Origin: Pristiophorus japonicus
Lineage: Eukaryota
Reading direction: 5' to 3'
DNA length: 64,000 nt
Assembly: GCF_044704955.1 (NCBI RefSeq)
Contig: NC_091996.1
Span: forward strand, 40,052,001 to 40,116,000
In this document: in pieces, positions 28,690-42,479 of the stretch
Layout: each line of letters begins with the position of its first letter
How positions within the stretch are numbered: the stretch's first letter is position 1
Made by a program: the position numbers and the translations under genes
The notes under the pieces: generated by a model
Databases searched by the model: none
The model's input: the letters and a program-made list of their open reading frames with translations, nothing else
What the model was told of the DNA's origin: nothing

Positions 28690-31630
28690 TGCAATGCATG
28701 AACGTAAATGCACGGTTGTGGTAAATAAGGTTGGTGAGCAGCAGGCACAAGTCACCACACGGGGTTATGATATAGTGGCAAAAACAGAGATTTGGCTCAA
28801 AGAAGGGGCTGATTGGGAACTTAATATTCCTGGCTACAAAGTATTCAGGAAAGATAGGGAAGGATAATTAGGAAAGGGGCTAGTGAGGTGGCACTATTGA
28901 TCAAAGGTACAGTTACAGAATTTATTTGGTTAGAATTAAGGAACAATGGAGGAGCTATTACTATAGGCCACCAATTAGTGGGAAGGAGTTGACGAGCAAA
29001 TTTGCAGCAAATTACAGAAAGGTGCAAGAACTTCAAAGTGGTGATAATGGGGGCGTTCAATGATCCGAATATAGACTGGGATAGTAACAGTGTAAAGTGC
29101 AGAGAGGGGGAGGAATTCCTGAAATATGATCAGTATGTTTCCGGCCCAACACGGAAGAAAGGGAACAGTGCTGGGTCTGGTTCTGGGGAATGAAGTGGGC
29201 CAAGTTTCATTGGGGGAGCATTTGGGGAACAGCGATCATAATATCATCAGGTTTAGAATAGTTCTGAAAAGGGAGATGGTACAATCAAGCATAAAAACTC
29301 TTAACTTCAAGAGGGCTAACTTCAGTGAGTTGAAAAGTGATGTGGTCCAGGTGGATTGGAATTAAAGATCGGTCGGTTAAACAGTAATTGAGCAATGGGA
29401 GGCCTTCATAGAGGAGGTTTGGGTACAGAGTGGACACGTTCCCATCAGGGGAAAAGGAAGGGCATCCAAAGCTAGAGCTCCCTGGATGACTAAAGACAGA
29501 GAGGGTAAAATGAGACAGTAAAAGGAGGCTTCTGACAAATGTCAGGTTCATAATACAGTAGAAAACCAAGATGAATATAGAAAGTACAGAGGAGATCTCA
29601 AAAAGGGAATACGAGGGACATAGATTAGCAGGAAACATAAAAGGGAACCCAAAAGTCATTTATAAACACACAAGGAGGCAGCAGCGATATTGGATAGGAT
29701 ATAATAAAGTGGAGGTACTTAGAAGGTTGGCAGCCCTCGAAATCGAAAAGTCACCCAGTCCAGATGGGATGCATCCTGGGTTACTGAGGGAAGTCAGGGT
29801 GGAAATTGCAGAGGCTCTGGCCACAATTTTTCAATCCTCCTTGGATATGGGGGGGGGGGGGGGCTGTCCCAGAGGACTGGAGAATTGCAAATGTTGCTCC
29901 CCTGTTCAAAAAAGGGGAGGGGGATAAACCTGGTAACGACAGGCCAGTCAGCCTCACGTTGGTGGTGGGGAAACTTTGAGAGACAATAATCTGAGACACA
30001 ATTAATTGGCATTTGTAAAAGTGTGGGCTGATAAATGAAAGCCAGCATGGATTTGTTGAAGGCAAATCGTGTCAGACTAACTTGTTTGAGTTCTTTGATG
30101 AAGTAATTACAGGGCTTGACAGGGTAGATGCAGGGAGGATGTTTCCCCTGGCTGGGGTGTCTAGAACCAGGGGTCAGGGTCTCAGGATCTCAGGATAAGG
30201 GGTCGGCCATGTAGGACTGAGATTAGGAGAAACTTCTTCACTCAGAGGGTGGTGAATCTTTGGAATTTTCTACCCGAGAGCGCTGTGGAGGCTCCGTCTT
30301 AGAGTATATTCAAGACAGAGATCGATAGATTTTTGGATATTAAGGGAATCAAGGGATATGGGGTTAGTGCAGGAAAGTGGAGTTGAGGTCGAAGATCAGC
30401 CATGATCTTATTGAATGGCGGAACAGGCTCGTGGGACCATATGGCTGACTCCTGCTCCTAATTCTTACGTTCTTATGTAATGGAGAGGGCTAGTAAGGAT
30501 AGTGCAGTTGATGTTGTGTATTTGGACTTTCAAAAGGCGTTTGATAAAGTACCACATGATAAACTGGTTAGCAAAATTGAAGTCTATGGGATTAAAGGGA
30601 CAATGGCAGTATGGATACAACATTGGCTGAGGGACAGAAAGCAGAGAGTAGTGGTGAACGGTTGGTTTTCAGACTGGAGGGAGAATACAGTGGTGTCCTC
30701 TAGGGGTCAGTGTTCGGACCACTGCTCTTGATATATATTAATGCCCTGGACTTGGGTATACAGGGCATAATTTCAAAGTTTGCAGATGACACAAAACTCA
30801 GAAATGTAGTAAGCAATGAGGAGGATAGTAACAGATTTCAAGACATGGACAGACTGGTGAAATGGGCAGACACATGGCAGACGACATTTATTGCAGAGAA
30901 GTGTGGCGATTCATTGTGGAAGGAAAAATGAGAGGGGCAATGTAAACTAAAGGGTATCATTTTAAAAAGGGCTGCAGGGAGACCTGGGGGCTCACATACA
31001 GAAATCTTTGAAGGTGGCGGGACAAGTTGAGAAAGCTGTTAAAAAGGCACATGGGATCCTTGGCTTTATTAATAGAGGCATAGAATACAAAAGCTAAATC
31101 TTTATAAAACACCAGTTGGGCCCCAGCTGGAGTATTGTGTCCAATTCTGGGCACCGCACTTTAGGAAGGATGTCAAGGTCTTGGAGAGGGTGCGGAGGAG
31201 ATTTACTGGAATGATACCAGGGATGAGGGACTGGAGAAGCTGGGTTTGTTCTCCTTAGAGCAGAGAAGGTTAAGGGAAGATTTAATAGAGGAGTTCAAAA
31301 TTATGAGGAGTTTTGATAGAGTAGAGACTACTTCCAGTGGCAGGAGGGTCGGTTACCAGAGGACACAGATTTAAGGTAATTGGTAAAAAAAAAGCCGTGG
31401 GAGAATTTTTTTAGGCAGCGAGTTGTTGTGATTGGGAACGCGCTGCCTGAAAGGGCGGTGGGAGCAGATTCAATAGTAACTTTCAAAAGGGATAAAGACT
31501 TAAAAAGGAAACATTTTCAGGGCTATGCGGAAAGCAATTTAATTGGTTGTTTTTTGGCCAAGGCACGATGGGCCGAATGACCTCCTTCTGTGCTGTAAGA
31601 TTCTATCATGTACGATTCTATTCTATGATC
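28690..31630 (+). mobile_element. Degenerate near-full ORF2 CR1 LINE with a nested CR1 3' fragment (30108-30476, TSD gtaat)
   Basis: [40 protein letters not shown] and KFADD motifs occur in order. Confidence 0.92.
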
Positions 31631-32120
31631 TGTTTTAGGATAAACGTTGGCCAGGACACCAGGGAGGACACTTCTTGCACTCGTGCCATGGGATCTTTTA
31701 CAGCCACCCGAGAGGGCAGACGGGGCCTCGGTTTAACCTCCCTCAGTACTGTAACCTGTCAGCACAGATGACATGTTGAAATCCTGGAGTAGGAATTGAA
31801 CATCACATCGTTCTGGACGAGAGGGCGATCAGCTGAGCCAAGCCAATACTGGCAGCAGCCCCAGTATGTAGAGCAGGACAGAGCCACAGGCGCTGGGGAT
31901 TTACGCTATATTCAAGGCCGTCCTTGCTGGACTCCACCTGTGGATTGGTGCTGGGGTTCAGGTTCAGGAGGTACGGGGTGACTAACTCAGACGCAGGTTC
32001 ACTGACCCATCGGGCTGGGAGGTTTGTTGCTGACCGTAACACTGTGACAGCGACAGATAAGGTGCATCACTATGGCTTTATTGATGGGAGTTATCTCAGT
32101 AACAGCCACCGGGCGGGCTA

Positions 32121-32261
<141 letters not shown>

Positions 32262-32985
32262 TCAGGCTCCAGACGGAGAAATCTCACTCCCACAGACCCA
32301 CACTGCCCTCAGTCCACCCTGTAGGAAAGCTCAGGGGAGCCAGTGCCCGCGATTCCCCCTCACAGAGTCGCAACGACTGCCCGGGTGCAGCGTGCTGCCA
32401 ACAGAGGCAAGGTGGCAACGCACCGAGGGTCAGCCAGTCTGCCTCCCGCTCGCCTCCGTACGGCTGCCTCTGGAACTGACGTGAAGCCCACTCCCTCCCT
32501 CCAGGGCTCAGCTGGCTACAGCCGATGATCAGCACCTCAAAGACCTGAGAGTCTCCGCTTCCAGCGTTGGATGGGCACAGCCATAAGGCGCTACAATTGG
32601 CCTCGGGGTGAGGGAGAGGGAGATACAAAATATAACCAGCGACGGCTCCAGCCCTGACCACACTCTGGTGACTCCTGTGGTAGTTGGGCCCAGTCAAGAA
32701 CCATCACGGCTCGGATGCCTCTTGCAGTCTGCTGACATTCACTATCTCGGCTCATGAAGTGCGGCTGAGGTATTGGAGAAAACACTCGACTCCAGCCAGT
32801 GTCACTGGATTCTGGAGCAAGCACCCCACCTGGCTGTACCCCGTCCTAACCCAGGGGCATGGCAGACAAACATCGCCAGCCTCACGCCAATGCAGCTCAG
32901 CCCTGCTCAGCCTCCGCACCCGGCAGGGCATTCAGCCACCCATCACTCGGACTGATTGTTGAAAATCAAACCCTATACTGAACCT

Positions 32986-33245
32986 TGTAATGTATTTGCT
33001 TCATGGGTTCTTTGCTTAAGAATTCATAGTAAAACATTGCTATTAAGAACTAGCTGGATAATTAACAAAGGTTTAACAATCACAGTACACATTAACAGTT
33101 CATCCACTAGGCTTACAACTGCATAACTCATCGTGGATGACCCAGACCCAACTGGCTGGGGTTTTATTGAGTCTTGTGAACATCACGTGACTGGCTAAGC
33201 CACTCACAATGCAACAATTCTACCAATCTGTGAGCATACATTACA
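32986..33245. mobile_element. Solo LTR (260 bp) in WDR5 intron 3
   Basis: 10-bp terminal inverted repeat TGTAATGTAT...ATACATTACA; degenerate 5-bp flanks aacct/gacgt. Confidence 0.7.
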
Positions 33246-33310
33246 GACGTTTTCGCATTATACAATCACAGACAGCAGTTATCGGGCGAAGCAATAATGG
33301 AAGGGGTTTA

Positions 33311-33451
<141 letters not shown>

Positions 33452-34094
33452 TTATTTCAAACAACCAGCCTCCATCTACACCAGGTGAAACTGTGAATGC
33501 ATAAACAAGCTTGCTCCGTCCTGATATCCCCAAAGGTGAGGTGAGGTGTGCAGGTACCGTTCCAACACGTGTCGATCCCACACTTCGTTCCCCCATTTCT
33601 CTCTCATTTTTGAGTCTTTCCTTGCTGCCCCTGTCCGCTATAACTCACCGGCCATTTCCACTCCCTCGACAAGCTAAACTAGAGTCCGTTTCCTAATAAT
33701 GGAGGTGTATTTTACCCATTCCCTTCAGCTACAGCGAAATAGCTCTACACTGAATGCTGCAGAGCAATCTCGCCCTCACTGAGGAGGAGGACAAATCCTG
33801 CCTCCATCAGTATAACAGTGACTTGCACTGCCAAGAGGTGGCAGCATTGTATCACTGTGCAGATATACGTAGCCACGTGGAGACTTGTTGGGCCCCGACA
33901 CACTTAATGAAGTAAATGGTAACTACCCTGCTGCCTGACACAGTAACGCAGATGGAACATCTCAGCACAGGCCCACCGCTAGAGGTTTTCAGAGCCCGTG
34001 TTTTAAATGAAAGGTACAAAGAGCTGCAAGTTCACACTCTGGTCTGTACAGCAGTGTCTCCACTCAAAGGAAGCACATTTAATGCGGTCAGCAA

Positions 34095-36295
34095 TTATGT
34101 AAACATGAATGGTTACAGCACAGGAGACCTTTCAGCCCATCGTGCCAGCTCTCTGCAAGAGCATTTCAGCCAGTCCCACTCCCCCACCCTTGCCCCGTAG
34201 CCCTGCAATTTTTTTCCTTCAGCCACTTATCCAATTCCCTTTTGAAAGCCACGATTGAGTCTGCCTCCAGCACCCTTTCAGGCAGTGCATTCCAGATCCT
34301 AACCACTCGCTGCGTAAAAACATTTTTCCTCATGTCGCCTTTGGTTCTTCTGCCAATCACCTTAAATCTGTTCCTCTGGTTCTCGACCCTTCCACCAATG
34401 GGAACAGTTTCTCTCGATCTACTCTGTCCGGACCACTCATGATTTTGAACACCTCGATCAAATTTCCTCTCAACCTTCTCTGGTCTAAGGAGAACAACCC
34501 CAGCTTCTCCAGTCTCTCCATGTAACTTAAGTCCCTAATTCCTGGAACCATTCTCGTAAATCTTTTCTGCACCCTCTCTAAGGCCTTCACATTCTTCCTA
34601 AAGTGCAGTGCCAGAATTGGACACAATTCTCCAGTTGAGGCCGAACCGGTGTTTTATAAAGGCTCATCATAACTTTCTTGCTTTTGTACTCTATGCCTCT
34701 ATTTATGAAGCCCAGGATCCCGTATGCTTTTTAACCGCTCTCAACCTGCCCTGCCACCTTCAACATTTTGCGCACATTACCCCCAGATCTCTCTGTTCAT
34801 GCATCCCCTGTAGGATTATACCCTTCAGTTTATATTGCCTCTCCTTGTTCTTACTGCCAAAATGTATCACTTTGCACTTTTCTGCGTTAAATTTCATCTG
34901 CCATGTGTCCTATGTATGTTCTCTTGAAGTCTATCACTATCCTCCTCACAATTCACTATACTTCCAATTTTTGTGTTATCTGCAAATTCTGAAATTGTTC
35001 CCTGTACACCCATTTCCAAGTCATTGATATGTATCAAGAAAAGCAGTGGTCCGAGTACCGACCCCTGGGGAACACCACTATATACCTTCCTCCAGTCCGA
35101 AAAACAACTGTTCACCACTACTCTCTGTAGCCTGTCACTTAGCCAATCTCGTATCCATGCTGCCACTGTCCCTTTTATTCCATGGGCTTCAACTTTGCTG
35201 GCAAGCCTATTATGTGGCACTTTGTCGAACGCCTTTTGGAAATCCATGTACACCACGTCAACCGCATTACCCTCATCAACCCTCACTGTTACCTCATCAA
35301 AAAACTCGATCAAGTTGGTTAAACACGATTTGCCTTTAACAAATCCGTGCTGGCTTTCCTTAATTAATCCAAACTTGTCCAAGTGACTTAATTTTGTCCC
35401 GGATTATTGTTTCTAAAAGCTTCCCCACTACCGAGGTTAAACTGACTGGTCTCGAGTTGCTGGGTTTATCCTTACACCCTTTTTTGAACAATGGTGTAAC
35501 ATTTGCAATTCCACAGTGCTCTGGCACCACCCCGTCTCCATGGAGGATTGGAGGATCAGGGCAGTACTGTTTCAAATTTACTTCCCTCAGCATCCTAGGA
35601 TGCACCCCATCGGGTCCTGGCGACTTATCTACTTTAAGTGCAGCCAACCTTCCTAGTACCTCGTCTTTATCAATTCCTATCACATCCAGTATCTCAACAA
35701 CTCATTACTATGACTTTGGCAGCATTGGTGAAGACAGATGTAAAGTACTTTTAAAGTAGCTCCGCTATGCCCTCTGCCTCCATGCGTAGGTCTCCTTTTT
35801 GGTCTTTAATCGGCCCCACCCCTCCTCCTACTACCCGTTTACTATTTATATGCCTATAGAAGACTTTTGGATTACCTTTTATATTAGCTGCCAATCTATT
35901 CTCATACTCTCTCTTTGCCCCCCTTATTTCCTTTTGCACTTGCCCTCTGAATTTTCTATATTCAGTCTGGTTCTCATTTATTTTCTCAACCCGACATCTA
36001 TCATACGTCCCCTTTTTCTGCTTCACCCGTTTCCCACATTACAACAGTGACTACACTCCAAAAGTACTTCATTGGCTGTAAAGCGCTTTTGAGTCATCCG
36101 GTAGTTGTGAAAGGTGCTATATAAATGCAAGTCTTTCTTTTTCTTTCGTTATCCAGGGAGCTCTGGCTTTAGTTGTCTTACCTTTCCCTCTTGGGGGAAT
36201 GTACCTCGATTGTACCCGAACCATCTCCTCTTTAAAGGCAGCCCATTGTTCGATTACAGTTCTGACTGCCAATCTTGGATTCCAATTTATGGGTG
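34095..36295 (-). mobile_element. CR1 LINE ORF2 (RT to 3' end), degenerate; SINE tail inserted at ~36025-36147
   Basis: ORFs 34166..36026: [35 protein letters not shown]. Confidence 0.93.
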
Positions 36296-36477
36296 AGGGG
36301 ACGCTGTTGGAGAGTGAGGGAGCAGGGGACACACAAACCGTGCAAAAGAAACTGTATACACTCGACATTTTGTTCATACCAGGTAATTGGTGGGGGGGGG
36401 GGGGTGGAGGGGGGAAGGAGAGAAGCAGATAACATCTGCAGAGTTGAAGAAGAAAAACATAACATTTCTACAGCGCC

Positions 36478-37248
36478 GTTAATGGCCTCAAGATGTCGTG
36501 TACAAGTGTAGTCACTGTTGTAATGCATGAAAAGCGGCAGCCAATTTGCACCCAGCAAGGTCCCATAAACAGCACTGTGATAATGACCAGATTATCTGTT
36601 TTAGTGATGTTGGTTGAGGGATAAATATTAGCCAGGACACCGGGGATAACTCCCCTGCTCTTCTTCCAAGTTATACCATAGGAGAGGAGGAAAACAAGGT
36701 CTTGGTTTAAAATCTTATCCGAAACATGGCAGTACAACGCTACTTCAGAACTGCCCCTCCGGCAGTGCGGCGCTCCCTCAGGACTGCCTCTCCGACAGTG
36801 CTGCGTTCCCTCAGGACTGCCCCTCCGACAGTGCAGCCCCCTGACAGTGCGGCGCTCCTTCAGTGCTGCCCCCCAACAGTACAACTCTCCCTCAGTACTG
36901 CCCCTCCAACACTGTGTCGCTCCCTCAGTACTGCCCCCCCTCCCCCGACAGTGCAGCTCTCCTTCAGTACTGCCCCCCCCCCCACCCCCGACACTGCGGC
37001 ACTCTCTCAGTACTGCCCCTCCGACAGTGCAGCACTCCTTCAGTACTGCCCCCCCGACACTGCGGCACTCTCTCAGTACTGCCCCTCCGACAGTGCAGCA
37101 GCCCTCAGTACTGCCCCTCCGACAGTGTGGCGCTCCCTCAAGTACTGCACTTGGAGTTCAGCCTGGATTACAGGCTCAGTTCTCTGGAGTGGGGACTTTT
37201 CCCCACGACCTCCTGACTGAGACGATGGTGCCAGCACTGAGCCACGGT
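36478..37248 (-). mobile_element. Deu-type SINE with internal tandem expansion
   Basis: Head CGTGGCTCAGTG near 37246, core, and cagtactgcccc repeats. Confidence 0.82.
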
Positions 37249-37302
37249 TGAATGGCCTGTGCGTGGTGTGTGAGTCTCCCCGGTGAATGTTTTTTTACTC
37301 GC

Positions 37303-37380
37303 CTTGTTTTGATTGGAGGAAGAAGATGCTGATTGTGTTTTCGTGCACTCCGACTCGGATTTCTTGTCTTCAGTCGACAT
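37303..37380 (-). CDS. WDR5: WDR5 first coding exon (exon 2), MSTEDKKSESECTKTQSASSSSNQNK
   Basis: ATG at 37380 with A at -3 (gcaacgATG). The peptide resembles the WDR5 N-terminal tail (MATEEKK...). The exon starts at 37493 after the acceptor tttttacag and ends at AAG|GCGAGT, a GC donor in phase 0. Confidence 0.9.
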
Positions 37381-37789
37381 CGTTGCGAGGCCGTCAGAGT
37401 TCCGATGTTTCAATGGATGAGGGCAAGGCTCGTGCCCAAACACCAGCTAAATGCAACCCCCTTCCCCAGGAACAGCCGGAGTGGACAGTGTCTCTGTAAA
37501 AACTGGACAAAATGTAACAACGGTCAGTCAGAAACACAGCTCACAGCCACATGGACAGACGATGGAACATGGCAATCTCACAGAGCTGGAGGCTGTACTC
37601 ACTCAATGAATCCCTCAACAGACTGACTTGGGTTTCAGAGCTGCATAAAACAAGGTCTGTCCACATATGTCTCTGAAAAACTTCAACTTACAGCACAAAA
37701 CAAATCATAGATAACAGGCACAAATGGACTCGCCGGGTTGATCACCACTGTATGGAAAGGACACGGGTAGGAGAAGGGCGAAAAAGGGG

Positions 37790-39112
37790 CTCCGGGGGGG
37801 GGGGAGAAGAGGGGGCCGCGGGGGGGGAGGGGGCAGTGGAGGAGTTGCAGAAAGGGGGCTGCTGGGGGTGGAGGAGAAAGGAGCAGTGGAGGGGGCCGCG
37901 GTGGGGGGGGGGGAGGAGGGGAAGCGGGCGGCGGGGGGAGGCGGAGGGAGTGAGGCGGGCTGTGGGGGAGGCGAGAGGGGAGGGAGACGGGGGGGGGGGA
38001 AGGGTGGGTGGCGGGGGGGGGGGGGGAGAGGGAGGGAGGGTGGCGGGGGGAGGGAGTGAGGCGGGGGGGGGGGGGGGAGGGGGAGGGAGGGTGCCAGGGG
38101 AGGGAGTGAGGCGGGGGGAGGGGGAGGGAGGGTGCCGGGGGAGGGAGGGTGGCGGGCTGTGGGGGAGGCGAGAGGGGAGGGAGACGGGGGGGGGGGGGGG
38201 GAGGGAGGGTGGCGGGGGGAGGGAGTGAGGCGGGGGGGGGAGAGGGGGGAGGGAGTGAGGCGGGGGGGGAAGGGAGGGTGGCGGGGGGGGGGAGGGGGAG
38301 GGAGTGAGGCGGGCTGTGGGGGAGGCGAGAGGGGAGGGAGACAGGGGGGGGGAGGGAGGGTGGCGGGGGGAGGGAGTGAGGCGGGGGGAGGGAGTGAGGC
38401 GGGGGGAGGGAGTGAGGCGGGGGAGGGGGGGAGGGAGTGAGGCGGGGGGGGGGGGAGGGGGAGGGAGGGTGCCAGGGGAGGGAGTGAGGCGGGGGGAGGG
38501 GGAGGGAGGGTGCCGGGGGAGGGAGGGTGGCGGGCTGTGGGGGAGGCGAGAGGGGAGGGAGACGGGGGGGGGGGGAGGGAGGGTGGCGGGGGGAGGGAGT
38601 GAGGCGGGGGGGGTAGAGGGGGGAGTGAGTGAGGCGGGGGGGGGAAGGGAGGGTGGTGGGGGGAGGGAGTGAGGCGGGGGGGGAGGGGGAGGGAGTGAGG
38701 CGGGGGGGAGGGGAGGGAGTGAGGCGGGCTGTGGGGGAGGCGAGAGGGGAGGGAGACAGGGGGGGGAAGGGAGGGTGGCGGGGGGAGGGAGTGAGGCGGG
38801 GGAGGGGGGAGGGAGTGAGGCGGGGGGGAAGGGAGGGTGGCGGGGGGAGGGAGTGAGGCGGGGGGGGAGGGAGTGAGGTAGGGGGGGAAGGGAGTGAGGT
38901 AGTGGGGGAAGGGAGGGTGGCGGGGGGAGGGAGTGAGGCGGGGGAGGGAGTGAGGCAGGGGGGGAAGGGAGGGTGGCGGGGGGAGGGAGTGAGGCGGGCT
39001 GTGGGGGAGGCGAGAGGGGAGGGAGACGGGGGGGGGGAGGGAGGGTGGCGGGGGCAGGGAGTGAGGCGGGGGGGGGAGGGGGAGGGAGTGAGGCGGGGTG
39101 CTGCGAGGGGTG
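37790..39112. repeat. Extremely G-rich repeat (gggagtgaggcgggggg) in intron 1
   Basis: Directly visible. Confidence 0.95.
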
Positions 39113-41215
39113 GGACTGCAGGCACAGGATTGTGTCTGGTCAGTATCAGAGAGCAGTTAAATTACAAACGGCCGAAGAGACCCCTCTCATGATGTTTGGG
39201 GGGGGGGGGGGGGGTATGGAAGGGAGGGCAGGGGTGCTCCTGCTGCCACCCTTCAAATACCACCCTGGTGAGTGATACAGTCCCTGCTCAGAGCGCATGC
39301 GGGCGGGGCAGGTAACCTCGACAATCCACCTCACGGCAGTATGTTCTCGGGGTTTTGTTCCAATGCAGCCGTTGCCCCTCAGGATGGTTTAACCCCGTGC
39401 CCCGACAGTACCCTGCATTGTGCCCCATGGCTAGATATTCTCAGAGGTTGGCAGCACCGACCAATCCCGTAAGTGGACCTTGCATCCTGTGATCCGGGGT
39501 GCTCGCTTTCACTGCCCAATACTGAAGTAAACGATTGCGATTGTAACAGAGAGCCCTTACTCTGGACCCCGGATACTGGAAAACAGCTCACGTCCCCCTC
39601 TCTCTAAGGGCAGCAGCATTCTATCAAGGCAAAGCCCAGCTTTAGACTGCCCTGCCAATGCATTTATATAAAATACTTGAATGAACACAACACAGTTTTC
39701 ACAATGCACACAACCAATTTCCCTACGCTCCTCAGATGTGAACATTGGCTCCCTCCCTCCCGCTTTCTAAATGACTCAAGCTAATCTGCTGCAGACTTTC
39801 TGAACATATTCCCAGTGAAGTGGGATCAGATGGCTCCCCAAAGTCTGCCTCTGCTAAGCCCCCACTCTCTGAATGGAAGAGAGTGATGTTCTGTCTCATC
39901 ACCTGATGCAAGAAATCGTCATCTCACAATGGCCAACAAGGTTTGAGTTTGTACAGCTGGCTCATGCTGAGGAAAAGGCCTGCTGCATCCAGCATTGCAG
40001 GATTATTAAAACTTTAGATCTGCTCAGGCAACGCTGGCAAAGTCTAACTAGTTCCAGACCCCTCTTGCTCATCGCACACAGCTCCCCCGGGGGCACCACC
40101 TCCGGCTGTATGTTGGCAGACCCAGCAGCCGATCGACACCCTGTCAATCGCGCTGGCTGCCTGTTCCGGCCGCGGACCAGTTGTGTATAATCTCACCAAC
40201 CTGTGCAACTACACTTCCACGCTCACAACCAGTCAGTCAATTAGCAACAATGCCTCCTTCCTTCTCCAGAACACTTGCCCGCTGCTGCTACCTTCGCCGA
40301 GACCCTCGCTACATCTCGAGAGGCCATTCCCCGAACGTCTTCCTCGCCAGGATGTCCCGCTCCCACCCTTCAGCTTGGCTCGGCTGCCCCGCTCCCAGAC
40401 TCCGCACCTAACCTGGGCCGGCGCTCACCACTGTCCAGCACACTGTGGTCCCACCTGCCACTGTAAGCCTCTGTTTGAAGCAGCACGTGGAACTCTCCCG
40501 TCATCTTGGCCAACATTTCTCACAACCGACGGCAGCAAAAGCAGATTAACTGGAACTGGCCGATCCTCTCTACTTTGGCGTGGGACCTTGCTGTACACAA
40601 CATGGCTGCAGCGATTGTCTAAACAAGCCAAAGTAACGGATTACCCGGAGTCACAACTGGGCTGTGCGATAAAGCTCCGCATAAACGCAACTTTCTTGAG
40701 TAATCTTCATTTGATTCAGAATGTCACCCAAACTAACTGGAATAAAACAGGAAGCGTGCACCAGCAGATCCAATGCTCCTCACTCCCACAGGCCCCAAAC
40801 ACAACCCAATTTCATGACCCTCTTTTTAAAATCACCTCATTCCGCCTCTCTTCACACAACAGCTGGAATCCAACAGGACTTCCCCGAGGTGCTTCACAAC
40901 CAGGGCAGGGAAAGGACAGAGTGTGGGGGAGGTGACCAAAGACACGGTCGTCAACGGTGAAGTGTGCACAAAGCAGAGTCACGTGGACAGAGTGTGAGCA
41001 AGGCGGTGAGGGGCACACGTAGACGATTTAGGGTCAAAGCGAGAAAGGTTGGCGAGTTAAGTGTGTGCGTTGGGGGGGGGGGGGGGAAAGAGAGCCGCAC
41101 TGTGTGGGGAGCAGGGGGGTGCCGCACCTTGTGAGCACACGCCAGGGAGATCGACATTTACGCAGGTGGAGCTCACGCACAGCCAGGCATTCCGCGATGC
41201 AAAAAGTCCCATATA

Positions 41216-42328
41216 AAGAAAGACTTGCATTTATACAGCGCCTTGCACAACCACCAGACCTCTCAAAGCACTTTACAGCCAATTAAGTACTTTTGGAGTG
41301 TAGTCAATGTTGTAATGTGGAAAACGTAGCAGCCAATTTGCGCACAGCAAGCTCCCACAAACAACAATGTGATAATGACCAGATAATCTGTTTTTATTAT
41401 GTTGATTGAGGGGTAAATATTGGCCGCAGGACACCGGAGATAACTCCCCTGCTCTTCTTCGAAATAGTGCCATGGGATCTTTTACGGCCATCTGAGAGGG
41501 CAGACGGGGCCTCGGTTTAACGTCTCATCCGAAAGACGGCATCTCCAACAGTGCACCATTCCCTCAGTACTGCCCCTCCAACAGTGCGGCGCTCCCTCAT
41601 TACTGGCTCTCCAACAGTGCACCACTCCCTCAGTACTGCCCCTCCGACAGTGCACCACTCCCTCAGTACTGCCCCTCCGACAGTGCACCACTCCCTCAGT
41701 ACTGCCCCTCCGACAGTGCACCACTCCCTCAGTACTGCCCCTCCGACTGTGCAGCGCTCCCTCAATATTGCCCCTCCGACAGTGCACCGCTCCCTCAGTA
41801 CTGCCCCTCCGACAGTGCACCACTCCCTCAGTACTGCCCCTCCGACAGTGTACCACTTCCTCAGTACTGCCCTCCCTCAGTACTGCCCCTCCGACAGTAC
41901 ACCGCTCCCTCAGTACTGCCCCTCCGACAGTGCACCACTTCCTCAGTACTGCCCTCCCTCAGTACTGCCCCTCCGACTGTGCAGCGCTCCCTCAGTACTG
42001 CCCCTCCGACTGTGCAGCGCTCCCTCAATATTGCCCCTCTGACAGTGCACCACTCCCTCGGTACTGCCCCTCCGACAGTGCACCACTCCCTCAGTACTGC
42101 CCCTCCGACAGTACACCGCTCCCTCAGTACTGCCCTTCTGACAGTACTGCGCTCCCTCAGTACTGCCCCTCCGACTGTGCAGCGCTCCCTCAGTACTGCC
42201 CCTCAGACAGTGCAGCTGCTCTGGAATGTCAGCCTGGATTTTTTGTGCTACAAGTTCCTAGAGTGGGACTTGAACCCAAAACCTTCTGACTCAGAGGCAA
42301 GTGCTACCCACTGGGCCACAGGTGACAC
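41216..42328 (-). mobile_element. Full-length Deu-type SINE with ~650-bp internal 33-bp expansion
   Basis: Head TGGCCCAGTGG/GGTTCAAGTCC, tail ...tataaatgcaagtctttct. Confidence 0.9.
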
Positions 42329-42479
42329 ATGTAAATGTAAAGCTGTTTCAGGACCAGTTCACAACAGCAACACCAACCAATGCCATTAATTTGGGTTAAC
42401 TGTAAATAACTAGGGAACAGTCAGCAAGAGATACACGACTGGGGAAAAAAAATCTATTTCAATTTCAGTGAACGATAGA

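Noticed and set aside
37381-37446. In-frame near-cognate (CTG/GTG) N-terminal extension of WDR5
   Set aside because: The ATG at 37380 has good context and matches the known N-terminus; nothing supports upstream initiation.
40183-40935. 250-aa antisense ORF in intron 1
   Set aside because: Non-ATG start, no recognisable domain and no splice support.
42250-42328. tRNA-like A/B box sequences (also near 11900-11957 and 26890-26963)
   Set aside because: They are SINE heads continuous with the SINE body, not standalone tRNA genes.
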